From an uncultured Gammaproteobacteria bacterium (GTDB lineage: Bacteria; Patescibacteriota; Microgenomatia; Levybacterales; UBA12049), in the NCBI GenBank assembly GCA_964391315.1, contig CAYMJR010000004.1, positions 10,261 to 74,260 on the forward strand: a DNA stretch of 64,000 bases. Direction: 5' to 3'. The notes beneath the pieces are model-generated. The model did no database searches. It was not told the origin of the DNA and was given only the letters and a program-made list of their open reading frames with translations. Numbering within the stretch: position 1 is the first letter of the stretch; each line of letters begins with the position of its first letter. A program made the translations under genes and the position numbers. Of this stretch, positions 39,201 through 49,200 are shown in pieces.

Positions 39201-39461
39201 CTGTATAAAATTCATGAAGAAATCGGACCCAATGTCCTTGATTATTTCCAGGCAGGAAAAATTGATCTGGTCATCAATGTCGTCGACACGGGTCTTAAGA
39301 AAGATCTCAATGATGATTATTTTATCAGACGGGCGGCGGTAGATAGTAATATACTAGTACTAACGAAAATTAAAAAAGCCAATCTGTTTGTGAAGGCACT
39401 TGCAGAGAAAGGAATTAAAAAGCTAGAGATCAAACCGTGGAGAGAATATATAGTAAAGTAA
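36267..39461 (+). CDS. carB: Carbamoyl-phosphate synthase large subunit
   Basis: 1064 aa with duplicated ATP-grasp halves, an oligomerisation domain and a C-terminal MGS-like domain. ATGA overlap with carA. Confidence 0.97.
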   Translation: MKDIKKVLVLGSGALKIGEAGEFDYSGSQAIKALKEEGKKIVLVNPNIATIQTSKELADEVYFLPVTPYFVEKIIAKEKPDGIFLSFGGQTALNCGIALHKQGTLKKYDVQILGTPISAIILTEDRDKFAAHLGKIHIPTPRSHAAETFKQALEFADDIGYPVMIRAGFALGGHGSGVAFDREQLTKIVNRALNFAPQVLIEQYLHHYKEIEYEVVRDKDDNCITVCNMENMDPLGIHTGESVVVAPSQTLTNNEYHTLRKASIDIVRSLGIVGECNVQYALNPKPNGEIEYYVIEVNARLSRSSALASKATGYPLAYVAAKLALGYNLTNLKNKVTGVTQACFEPALDYIVTKIPRWDLDKFKGAEQRLGSSMKSVGEVMGIGRTFEESFQKAIRMLDMDQEGATSEKLFFEKTDIRETLKNPTPKRMFAVARALKNNISVEEIHELSGIDPWFINRIKNIVDHEDDLKRNKKLDEKSLRKLKQLGISDKRIGELVEKTGLEIRELRKRLQITPSILQIDTLAGEFPAQTNYLYMTYNESHYDVKPSGRDAVVVLGSGPYHIGSSVEFDWCSVNTVMNLKKYNKKSIIINCNPETVSTDYDISDRLYFEELTFERIADIYEYENPLGAIVSVGGQTPNNRAQALHKYGINILGTSPENIDRAENRNKFSSLLDQLKIKQPAWKAFSTLKQAETFAQEIGYPVLIRPSYVLSGSAMNICFNKQDLEKYLEEAASISKEYPVTVSKFFTKAMEVELDAVAQNGEMKAAIISEHVEYAGVHSGDATIVLPARTVDKEYQERMKEIAKQLAKALEITGPFNIQFLLKDDEISIIETNLRASRTFPFIAKVTGINLIELFVDALFGKSVKTVTIKPLDFTAVKVAQFSFARLLGAYPKLGVEMASTGEVACFGKDVEEAYLKGILATGGKIPEKGVFVSLGGDQKKKDFLESCKLITKLNLPIYATEKTFKFLNRNGIRATMLYKIHEEIGPNVLDYFQAGKIDLVINVVDTGLKKDLNDDYFIRRAAVDSNILVLTKIKKANLFVKALAEKGIKKLEIKPWREYIVK

Positions 39462-39465
39462 ATAT

Positions 39466-40518
39466 ATGATTACCTTACCAGGCCTCATTGATATTCATAC
39501 TCACCCTCGAGGACTTTCCACTGATGATTATAAAGAGACATTTCTTTCAGCAACCCAAGCAGCTCTTGCAGGTGGATTTACAACAATTATGGACATGCCC
39601 AATAACCCAAAAACACCTACGCTTACGACTGAACTACTTAACCAAAAACAAGAAATCGCAAAAAAACAAATTGTTTGTGATGTTGGATTTTTCTTTGGGA
39701 CAAACGGCAAAAACCTCAATGAATTTGAAGAAGCAACAAAAAAGAGTAGGGGACTTAAAGTTTTTTTGAGCTTCTCAACAGGCAATCTGATCATAGATCT
39801 TGACACATTTAAAAAGGTTTGCAAAGTATGGCCAACTGATTTACCAATTCTCCTTCATGCGGAACAGGAGCTTATCAAACCAGCGTTAGAAATAACTCAC
39901 CAATCTGGCCATCAAACACATATTTGCCATGTGTCATCCGAAAATGAATTACGACAAATTCTTGAAGCAAAAGAAAATGGATACAATGTAACGTGTGGAG
40001 TAACTCCACACCACTTATTTCTCACAGCAGATGATGAAAAAGTACTGGGATCATTTGGACTTATGAAACCAAGCCTCAAAACAAAACAAGATCAAGAATT
40101 TCTTTGGAATAATTTATCCTCTATTGATGTCATTGAATCAGATCATGCACCACACACAAAAGAAGAAAAAGAATCCGAAAACCCTCCATTTGGTGTTCCT
40201 GGGCTTGAGACAACACTACCACTATTGTCAACCGCTGCTTCTCAAGGCAAACTTACGATTGATGACATAAAGCGTCTCTGCCACGATAATCCATCAAAAA
40301 TATTTGGGATAAAAACTGATTCCCAAACCTACATAGAAATCGACGAAACAGAGGAGTGGACTGTTGAAAATGATAAATTATTTACCAAATGCAAATGGTC
40401 ACCATTTAATGGTTGGACCATGAAAGGTAAAGTCAAAAAGGTTGTTATTCAGGGAACTACTGTCTTTGAAAATAACAATCTGTTAGTAGAACCGGGATTT
40501 GGTAAAATACTATTATGA
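39466..40518 (+). CDS. pyrC: Dihydroorotase (short type)
   Basis: DIHTHPRG metal-binding start, the HAEQ, HICHVS and ESDHAPH motifs. Operon context. Confidence 0.8.
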   Translation: MITLPGLIDIHTHPRGLSTDDYKETFLSATQAALAGGFTTIMDMPNNPKTPTLTTELLNQKQEIAKKQIVCDVGFFFGTNGKNLNEFEEATKKSRGLKVFLSFSTGNLIIDLDTFKKVCKVWPTDLPILLHAEQELIKPALEITHQSGHQTHICHVSSENELRQILEAKENGYNVTCGVTPHHLFLTADDEKVLGSFGLMKPSLKTKQDQEFLWNNLSSIDVIESDHAPHTKEEKESENPPFGVPGLETTLPLLSTAASQGKLTIDDIKRLCHDNPSKIFGIKTDSQTYIEIDETEEWTVENDKLFTKCKWSPFNGWTMKGKVKKVVIQGTTVFENNNLLVEPGFGKILL

Positions 40519-41588
40519 GCAAACTGAACACACCATTTTATAATCCAGCAAAAACCTACGAAGAAAACTATGACCAAGGCCCCTCTGGTGAATTTGCAGA
40601 TGGTAAGATTGTTAAACAAGAAGGCGAACCACAACAAGAATATCACGGACAAAAAGTGTACCTTCCCTTTGGTATTCCTGCAGGGCCTTTACTAAACAGT
40701 AAGTACGTTAAGGCTGCATTTGAAAAAGGCTTTGATATTGCTGTATATAAAACTGTCAGAAGTGATTTCTATCAAACCCATCCTTTCCCAAATATCCTAT
40801 CTGTTCATGTCGAAGGAGATTTAACGCTTGAAAAACTCCAAAAGCCACTCTTAGCAGATACGCATTTTGAAGCACCAATTGCGATTACCAACTCATTTAA
40901 TATACCGTCCAAAAAACCTGATTTCTGGCAGGAAGATATGAAAAAAGCAATTTCTTATGCCAATAAAGGACAGGTTATGGTTGGAAGTTTTGTTGGCACT
41001 GTGCGTGAGGGACAATCCCATCAGGAATTTGTTGATGATTGGGCATTGGCAGCAAAATTGGTTCTCGAAACAGGAGCAAAAATACTTGAGGCAGACATCT
41101 CATGCCCTAATAATGGTACAGAGGGACTCGTTTGTTATGACTTGCCAACAACTGAGGCAATTTGTAAAAGTGTCCGAAAAGTAATTGGCAACACACCATT
41201 TATCCTCAAAATCGGCTACTATGAAAACCAGGAGCAATTGGGAAAATTAGCCGCAATTGCCAATGAATATGCAACAGGTATTGCAGGAATAAACACACTA
41301 CCCGGAATAATTGTAAACGAAAAAGGGGAGCAGGCACTGCCTGGGAAAAACAGGGAAAAAGGAGGAGTTTGTGGTGCACCAATCAAATGGGCTGGCATTG
41401 ATACAGTCAGAAGATTAAACGACATTAGAGAAAAAAATGGTTATAAATTCTCAATTGATGGAGTAGGGGGAGTAACAACTCCGAAAGATTATCAAGAATA
41501 CAAAGATGTAGGAGCAGATGCAGTCTTTTCAGCAACTGGTGCAATGTGGAATCCCTTCTTAGCACAAGAGATTAAATTATCTCTATAA
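40515..41588 (+). CDS. pyrD: Dihydroorotate dehydrogenase, class 1-like
   Basis: LPFGIPAGPL, the active-site Cys context ADISCPN, and the GVGGV FMN-binding tail. No pyrK-like partner lies nearby. It has an N-terminal ~45-aa extension. Confidence 0.75.
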   Translation: MSKLNTPFYNPAKTYEENYDQGPSGEFADGKIVKQEGEPQQEYHGQKVYLPFGIPAGPLLNSKYVKAAFEKGFDIAVYKTVRSDFYQTHPFPNILSVHVEGDLTLEKLQKPLLADTHFEAPIAITNSFNIPSKKPDFWQEDMKKAISYANKGQVMVGSFVGTVREGQSHQEFVDDWALAAKLVLETGAKILEADISCPNNGTEGLVCYDLPTTEAICKSVRKVIGNTPFILKIGYYENQEQLGKLAAIANEYATGIAGINTLPGIIVNEKGEQALPGKNREKGGVCGAPIKWAGIDTVRRLNDIREKNGYKFSIDGVGGVTTPKDYQEYKDVGADAVFSATGAMWNPFLAQEIKLSL

Positions 41589-41638
41589 ATAACTCTATTT
41601 TTTTTTACCTCAAACATGTATAATGTTGGTCTAGATCA

Positions 41639-42469
41639 ATGCGTACACTTTTACATGTAATTCACCCCAGAAGAGCAGGCGGTCATGCTGTAATCAATTG
41701 GCTTCAGGAAAATGTTAACCCTGGTGGAGAAACCTTTTTCAAGAATGATATATATACTCCACATGCAACGATTCCCGGAGAAAGAATTTTGCCAAGGCGG
41801 AGATTAAAATTGCAACCGACAACTCAAGATACCCTTGGGATAATAAGCTACGAAGACCCATACTTAAACGATATTCCTCATTTATATCCCGTAAGACAAG
41901 GAAAGGAGATTCTTCCTGATTCAGAACAAAAATTTGTATTGATACTGCGTGACCCATATAATCTTTTTGCAACGAGATTGAAAAAGATGGACAACATGCA
42001 TAATCCTATAACTGATTACAGAGAAATAGATGCTTGGCCTGAAACGCATGATACACAGCTTGGCAAAGAACTATGGAAGGAATATGCAAAAGAATTTTTA
42101 GGAGAGACAAACATCCTTGGAGACAATATTATACCAATTAATTACAATTTATGGTGTTCAGACAAAGCCTACAGAGATTCCTTATTAAAAACCCATTTTA
42201 ATCAAGAGATAAACAAAGACATAGGGTTTAACCATGTACCAGACAACGGAGGAGGAAGTTCTTATAACTTCAAAGACTACGATGGAAAAGCAACAGAAAT
42301 GCAAACAGATACTCGATGGCGATCTTTTATCAATGACCCTGAGTATCGAGCCCTTGTTTCTGATCCTGAGATACGAAGATTGTCTGAAAAAATTTTTGGA
42401 CATATTCCTGGTACAGAAATACTTTATCCTTCAGCCCTTGAAGGCTATCGACGAATGCGAGAAAGATGA
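41639..42469 (+). CDS. Hypothetical protein, possibly sulfotransferase-fold
   Basis: HPRRAGGHAV (5'-PSB-like loop) and LILRDPYNLFATR (the RDP-x5-S/T 3'-PB-like motif). Weak assignment by eye. Confidence 0.35.
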   Translation: MRTLLHVIHPRRAGGHAVINWLQENVNPGGETFFKNDIYTPHATIPGERILPRRRLKLQPTTQDTLGIISYEDPYLNDIPHLYPVRQGKEILPDSEQKFVLILRDPYNLFATRLKKMDNMHNPITDYREIDAWPETHDTQLGKELWKEYAKEFLGETNILGDNIIPINYNLWCSDKAYRDSLLKTHFNQEINKDIGFNHVPDNGGGSSYNFKDYDGKATEMQTDTRWRSFINDPEYRALVSDPEIRRLSEKIFGHIPGTEILYPSALEGYRRMRER

Positions 42470-42484
42470 GGTATAATAATTTGT

Positions 42485-42904
42485 ATGAACTGGATTATCT
42501 TCGCACTAGGAGCAATCGGCGCAGGAGCTATCTCAGATCTTTTTAGAAAACTTGGTTCCAACCTCAAAGATCCATTTTTAAGTAATCTCATTTTTCAACT
42601 CGGCTCACTCACAACTGCAATTATTTTATATATGCTTTTCAGTAGAAAAATAGAAGGCAATCCGCAAGGCATGCTTTATGCAGTAATCGGAGGAATATTA
42701 ATTTCAATTTTTACAACCTTTTCTTTCAAAGCACTTGCTCTTGGCCCCAATGTTTCAACGGTCATTCCGGTTATTCGTATTGGCGTCGTCCTGCTTGTTG
42801 TTATTCTTGGTGTTCTTCTCTTTAAAGATAAGCTGACGTGGAACATTGTTGTCGGCATTCTCCTCGCCAGTTCTGGTGTATATATTCTTACCTTAAATCA
42901 ATAA
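42485..42904 (+). CDS. Small DMT/EamA-half-type membrane protein
   Basis: 139 aa with 4-5 TM helices, resembling a single EamA repeat. Confidence 0.45.
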   Translation: MNWIIFALGAIGAGAISDLFRKLGSNLKDPFLSNLIFQLGSLTTAIILYMLFSRKIEGNPQGMLYAVIGGILISIFTTFSFKALALGPNVSTVIPVIRIGVVLLVVILGVLLFKDKLTWNIVVGILLASSGVYILTLNQ

Positions 42905-42906
42905 TC

Positions 42907-43548
42907 ATGGAGTATAAAATTATCCTTTTTGACCTTGACGGCACACTTATCAACCCCAAAATTGGAATCACAAGAGCACTTCAAAAAGCGCTCAACACTC
43001 TTGGCATTTACGAAAAGCTGGAAACGCTTACCCAATTTATCGGACCACCACTTGATACGTCACTTGAACAATATTATGGACTCAACAAACAGCAAGCGAA
43101 AGAAGCTGTTTTATTATATAGAAAATTCTTTGTTCCCCATGGTATGTTTGAAAGTAGTGTTTATGAAGGTGTACCGGAATTATTACATTCATTAAACAAG
43201 GCAAAGAAAAAACTCTATGTCGTTTCTTCCAAACCAACCGATGAAGCAAAAAAAATTGTTAACCATCACAAACTTAATGACTATTTTGAGGCAATTGTGG
43301 GTTGCAAAATAGATCTTTCTAATTCTGAAAAGGCGGAACTGATCGGAAAAGCGCTCGACTATTATCCAAAAGAAACAAAAAAATCCTTTGTCATGGTTGG
43401 TGACCGAAAGTATGATATTCTCGGCACTAAGCCTCACAAAATTGATTCAATAGGAGTAACCTACGGCTTCGGAACAATTGCAGAGCTGAAACGAGCCAAA
43501 CCAACATACCTCGCACGATCTATAGATGATTTACGAAGCTATTTATAA
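42907..43548 (+). CDS. HAD-superfamily phosphatase (phosphoglycolate-phosphatase-like)
   Basis: Trimmed to MEYKIILFDLDGTL (DxDGT motif I). VVSSK is motif II and GDRKYD is motif IV. Confidence 0.75.
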   Translation: MEYKIILFDLDGTLINPKIGITRALQKALNTLGIYEKLETLTQFIGPPLDTSLEQYYGLNKQQAKEAVLLYRKFFVPHGMFESSVYEGVPELLHSLNKAKKKLYVVSSKPTDEAKKIVNHHKLNDYFEAIVGCKIDLSNSEKAELIGKALDYYPKETKKSFVMVGDRKYDILGTKPHKIDSIGVTYGFGTIAELKRAKPTYLARSIDDLRSYL

Positions 43549-43552
43549 TATA

Positions 43553-44389
43553 ATGATGTCAATGACATTTCTTGATAAGCTTAATAACGTAATCGAAAAG
43601 AATAACTCTCTTGTCTGCGTTGGTCTTGATAGTGATATAGACAAACTTCCAAAAGTTATTAAAGAAGAAAACCACGAACATCCTCAATTTGAATTCAACA
43701 AAGATATTATTAACGCAACAGCAGACCTCACATGCGCTTATAAACCTAACCCTGCTTTTTATGAAGCAAGAGGGGAGAAGGGGATTAAAGAGTTGAAACT
43801 TACTTGTGATTACATCAACAACACGTATCCTCATATTCCAATCATTCTTGATGCCAAGAGGGGAGATATCGGTAATACCAATGAAGGCTATGCAAAATAT
43901 GTTTTTGATTACTTAGGCGCTGATGCAATTACTGTTATGCCTTACATGGGTATCGAGTCACTCGCACCATATTTCAAAAGAGACGATAAAGGAATTATCG
44001 TCGGCTGTCATTCTTCAAATCCAGGAGCAAAAGAATTTCAAGAATTAACTATTGATGATAAACCATTGTACGCACGAGTCGCAGAAGAGCTTATGAAACA
44101 ATTTGGTGATAATCCAAACACAATGATATTCTTTGGTGCAACATATCCTGAAGAACTCACTAAGGTCAGAAACATAGTAGGGGACATGACTCTTCTCGTC
44201 CCAGGAGTTGGCGCACAAGGCGCGGATGTCGAAACGACAATCAAAGCAGGACTTAATTCAGAAAAGAGGGGATTGATAATTAACTCATCAAGAAGTATCA
44301 TCTTTGCATCTAACGAAGAAGATTTCGATGAGAGAGCCCGCGAAGAGACACAAAAACTAAGGGACGAGATTAATAAATATAGAATTTAA
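43553..44389 (+). CDS. pyrF: Orotidine-5'-phosphate decarboxylase (long/type 2)
   Basis: Trimmed to MMSMTFLDKL. VGLD and ILDAKRGDIGNT catalytic motifs, plus VPGVGAQG. Confidence 0.85.
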   Translation: MMSMTFLDKLNNVIEKNNSLVCVGLDSDIDKLPKVIKEENHEHPQFEFNKDIINATADLTCAYKPNPAFYEARGEKGIKELKLTCDYINNTYPHIPIILDAKRGDIGNTNEGYAKYVFDYLGADAITVMPYMGIESLAPYFKRDDKGIIVGCHSSNPGAKEFQELTIDDKPLYARVAEELMKQFGDNPNTMIFFGATYPEELTKVRNIVGDMTLLVPGVGAQGADVETTIKAGLNSEKRGLIINSSRSIIFASNEEDFDERAREETQKLRDEINKYRI

Positions 44390-44405
44390 TAAAAACTAAA
44401 AATTT

Positions 44406-45035
44406 ATGAATGATGAAGTTTTAGAATTACTTAAAAAAACAGGTGCAATTATTGCAGATAGTCACTTCGTTGGAACCTCAGGAAAACACTTTGCTACCTA
44501 TATCAATAAAGATGCTCTTTATCCTCACACTAAAGAAACATCACGCATGGGAGAACTTTTTGCAGAAAAAAATAACGATCTGGATATTGACGTCGTAGTC
44601 GCCCCAGCACTGGGTGGAATTGTTCTTTCTACGTGGACAGCTTATCATTTATCCCAATTAAAAAATAAAGAAATATTAGGTGTTTATACAGAAAAAGATG
44701 CTGAGAAAAACCAAGTCTTCACTCGAGGCTATGATAAGTTAGTAACAGGAAAAAACGTTTTGGTAATTGAAGATCTTACGCAAACAGGTGGATCAGTTAA
44801 AAAAGTAGTTGACAGCGTAAGAAATATTGGAGGTAATGTCGTCCAAGTCTGTGTTATGGTTAATAAAGATACCAAAAATATTAATTCTGAAACAATTGGC
44901 GCTCCGTTTACTTCTCTCGCTGTTTTGGAAGTCCCAGCATATGATGAAGCAGACTGTCCATTATGTAAACAAAACGTACCAATTAATACTAGTGTCGGGC
45001 ACGGAAAAAAATACCTCGAAGCAAAACAAAAGTAA
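44406..45035 (+). CDS. pyrE: Orotate phosphoribosyltransferase-like PRTase
   Basis: PRPP-binding motif VLVIEDLTQTGGS. Its position after pyrF supports the call. Confidence 0.75.
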   Translation: MNDEVLELLKKTGAIIADSHFVGTSGKHFATYINKDALYPHTKETSRMGELFAEKNNDLDIDVVVAPALGGIVLSTWTAYHLSQLKNKEILGVYTEKDAEKNQVFTRGYDKLVTGKNVLVIEDLTQTGGSVKKVVDSVRNIGGNVVQVCVMVNKDTKNINSETIGAPFTSLAVLEVPAYDEADCPLCKQNVPINTSVGHGKKYLEAKQK

Positions 45036-45041
45036 TGAAAA

Positions 45042-46169
45042 TTACTTCTTGTGAATGAGTGTCTTCTTCAAATTTTCTCTTGTAGCCACATATGCAGCAA
45101 AATAAGTAGCCAAAGGAACAGCTAACACCAATCCTATTGTTCCTCCAATTGTTCGAATAATCTCTTCCGCGAGAAACTCATTACCGACAACAGACCAAAC
45201 AGGCTGCTGTTTTTGTGATACAAAAAAATAAATAAGAACTGATAAAGAACCACCAGTATATGCAAGAACCAGTGTATTGATAAGAGAAATTGCATGCTCT
45301 CGTCCAACAACAATTCCTTTTTGAACAAGCTCAAAAAAAGTAAGTTTTTCTTTTTGTTTTGCCAACTGAAAAACGGCAGTCGCTTGAGTAATAGTAACAT
45401 CATTAAGCGCTCCCAGTGTCGTAATAATAATCCCTGCAAGAAATAACCCTTTTACATTTAACAGAAATGGTGTAAGAAAATGTGTATCCATCGCATCGTT
45501 TGTTCCGTATCCTGTTATTCCTGTAAACGCAACCGCAAAAAAAGAAAAAACAATAGTAAGTAATAATCCAATACATGTAGAAATGAAAGCAACAGTTGTT
45601 TGTTTGGAAATACCATGAGAAATATATGTTGTTATAAAAAGAATAAAAAAAGATCCGATGACACTTGTTGTAACCGGCTCTGCGCCAGCAAGAATTCGAG
45701 GAAGAACAAAACCGAAAATTGCAACCAAACTAATAACTAATCCTATCAATGTATTCAATCCCTTTCTTCCAGTAACCAATAAAACTGCTGTGATAAAACC
45801 TAAAATAACGAAAATGATTTTGTCACTACGATATTTATCAATAACATAATAATTGTTTCTTCCCTCAAAGGTAGACATCCCAAGAATTACGTTATCTCCT
45901 TGTCTCAAAACAGGACGACTTGTGTCGTTCGAGTTGTAATCAACAAGTATCGTTTTGCCTCGTTCACTACCTTCTTGTAAGAGAATATCGAGCTTTTCTG
46001 TAATAACAGAAAAATGTGTTTGGATATTGCTGTTTATAATTTTTGCATTAAGAATATGTCCTTTTATTTTTATCTGTTGTGGATTATGTAATGGAGCTGC
46101 AAAGAGTGGGGGAGGGAAAAACACCATAAGAAAACCAATAAGAAAAATTAAAAAAAGTATTCTTTTCAT
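45042..46169 (-). CDS. YibE/F-family integral membrane protein
   Basis: Signal/TM helix, an N-terminal soluble segment, then ~7 TM helices. The layout is typical of YibE/F. Confidence 0.6.
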   Translation of the reverse strand: MKRILFLIFLIGFLMVFFPPPLFAAPLHNPQQIKIKGHILNAKIINSNIQTHFSVITEKLDILLQEGSERGKTILVDYNSNDTSRPVLRQGDNVILGMSTFEGRNNYYVIDKYRSDKIIFVILGFITAVLLVTGRKGLNTLIGLVISLVAIFGFVLPRILAGAEPVTTSVIGSFFILFITTYISHGISKQTTVAFISTCIGLLLTIVFSFFAVAFTGITGYGTNDAMDTHFLTPFLLNVKGLFLAGIIITTLGALNDVTITQATAVFQLAKQKEKLTFFELVQKGIVVGREHAISLINTLVLAYTGGSLSVLIYFFVSQKQQPVWSVVGNEFLAEEIIRTIGGTIGLVLAVPLATYFAAYVATRENLKKTLIHKK

Positions 46170-46286
46170 CTTTGCTATTATTGCACACGTAATATCGATT
46201 TAAAATAGGGCTTATAAGAAAAATGATTAAATTTTTTAATTGACATTATTCTGTAAATTCTTTACTCTAGAAATACGTCATCTTTT

Positions 46287-49200
46287 ATGAACAAATTGAC
46301 TTCTCGATTAGCTTCTATATTTTTTGGTATCATAATTTCTTTCTTTGCACTATTTATCTATACCGCACCAACGGCAGCCCTTGCATACTCTTGTCCATGT
46401 TCGTTATGGAATAATACAACAACACCATCTAACCCGGCAGATACTGACTCCAATGGTGTTGAAATCGGAACAAAATTCACTTCAGACGTCAATGGAGTAG
46501 TTACCGGAATCAAATTTTATAAAGGAACAAATAACACTGGTACCCATATCGGTAATTTATGGTCAAGTGATGGAACACTGCTTGCAACGGTAACCTTTAG
46601 CAACGAAACAGGATCCGGCTGGCAACAAGCTAACTTTTCTTCGCCGGTGAGTATTACGGCAAATACAACCTACATAGTGTCATACTACGCGCCAAATGGT
46701 CACTATGCAGGAGATAACAACTATTTCACCAACACCTATGACAATGCACCCCTCCATGCACCTTCAACAAATAATGGAGTTTATACCTACGGTTCATCGA
46801 GCAGTTTCCCAACCTCCACCTATCAAGCAAGTAATTATTGGGTTGATGTTCTTTTTCAACCAACCAATACAAAAACACCTATCGCAGTTATCACCTCAAA
46901 CGCAAATCATTTTTCACAATATTATCCAGAATTACTTCATGCTGAAGGGTTGAATGAGTTTGATACTATCGATATTAGCAGTGTATCAGCAACCACTTTA
47001 GCAAATTATGACATAGTTATTTTAGGTGAGATGTCGTTAACAAGTGATCAAGTCACAACGCTCAGTGATTGGGTCAATACTGGAGGGAATCTTATTGCAA
47101 TGCGACCAGACAAACAGCTCGCAAGTCTTTTAGGATTAACTGATGCTTCTTCAACGCTTTCTGATAAATATCTTTTAGTTAACACATCATCTGGACCAGG
47201 CGTTGGTATTGTTAACAAAACAATTCAATTCCATAATACAGCAGATCTCTACACGGTCAATGGAGCAACTGTCGTTGCGACACTTTATTCCGATGCAAGT
47301 ACAGCTACTTCAAACCCTGCTGTCACAATGAGAAGCGTCGGCTCAAATGGGGGACACGCAGCAGCATTTACCTATGATTTGGCAAAATCCGTGATCTATA
47401 CTCGCCAAGGAAATCCAGCCTATGCTGGACAACAATTGGATGGTAACTCACCACCAACACGTGCAGATAACCTGTTCCAACAAAATTATCTTGATATGAA
47501 TAAAGTTGCTATTCCTCAAGCAGATGAACAACAACGACTTCTTGCAAATATGATTACTCAATTTGATCTCAACAACAAACCACTGCCAAGATTTTGGTAT
47601 TTACCAAAAGGATTAAAAGCAGCAATCGTCTATACACTTGACGATCACAACAATGTTGGCGCTGCAACACAAACTGTTTTTGATAAATTTAATTCCAATA
47701 GCCCAACAAATTGTTCTGTTACTAATTGGGAATGTTACCGAGGAACCTCATGGTTCTATGTAGGAATACCATTAACGGATTCACAAGCAGGATCATATAA
47801 TTCACAAGGATTTGAAATGGGTGTCCATGTTCAAAATGGCTGTACAGACTTTACATCATTTTCAAACTTAGATTCATCATACACTTCACAGCTTGCTGCA
47901 TTCCAATCAGCCTATCCAAGCTTGCCTGCTCAAACAACACATCGCTTCCACTGCATTGTTTGGAGTGATTGGTTAACACAGGCAAAAGTTGAACGTTCAC
48001 ATAATATTCGCTACAGTATGGATTATTACTACTGGCCACCAGCATGGGTTAATGGTAGACCAGGACTCTTCACTGGATCTGGTATACCAATGAAATTTGC
48101 AGATACTGATGGGTCCACAATTGACGTGTATCAAGGTGTCTCACAATTTGTGAATGAGAATGGAATTCCTTATGACCAAGATGTCTATACACTATTAAAT
48201 AATGCAACCGGATCCAATGGATACTATGGACTTTTTGGAACTCATGATGACTATCGAGATAGCTCGTTCTCAGATTCGATTATTAATGCAGCAAAAGCAT
48301 TTAATGTCCCAATTATTACTGCAAAACAAGCCCTAACATGGATTGATGCAAGAAACAATTCTTCATTTAGTTCTCTCTCTTGGGATGGAAACAGACTCAA
48401 CTTTACTGTCAACGCAGATAGTAATGCAAACAATATTCAAGCAATGATTCCTGTGAATGATGCGAATAATGGATTAACAAGCATCACAAGAAACGGTTCT
48501 TCAGTTACCTTTACCGAAGAATATATAAAAGGTGTATACTATGCATTTTTCCCAGCAACATCTGGATCATATAGCGCCACATATTCAAGTTCTATAATTA
48601 CTCCTACTCCAACTCCAACAACATCGCCTTCAGCAAGCAGTAGCCTCTGGAGTAATACTATTATTCCAAATAACCCTTCAGCAAATGATACAAACGCTGT
48701 TGAAGTGGGAGTCAAATTTAAATCAGATATTAGCGGGCAAGTAACGGGAATTAAGTTTTATAAAGGACTTGGCAATACCGGTACGCATGTCGGTCATCTC
48801 TGGTCTGCAAACGGTACGCTTCTTGCAACAGTGACTTTTAGCAACGAAACAGGATCCGGCTGGCAACAAGCAAACCTTAATACACCTGTTAGTCTGAGCG
48901 CAAACACAACATACGTTGTCTCTTACTATGCACCCAATGGTCATTATGCAGCAGATCTTAATTATCTCGCCTCGGACTACGACAATGCACCTTTGCATGC
49001 TCCATCAAGTAGTAATAGCAGTGGTAATGGTGTGTACGCATACGGTTCTTCTGGAACATTCCCCAACAACACATTTAATGCAGCGAATTATTGGGTTGAT
49101 GTTATCTTCCAACAAGACACACAACCCACTTCCACACCGACAGCCACACCAACCAGCACCCCTACAGTAACACTGTGGGGCAATACCACACCAACAAATA

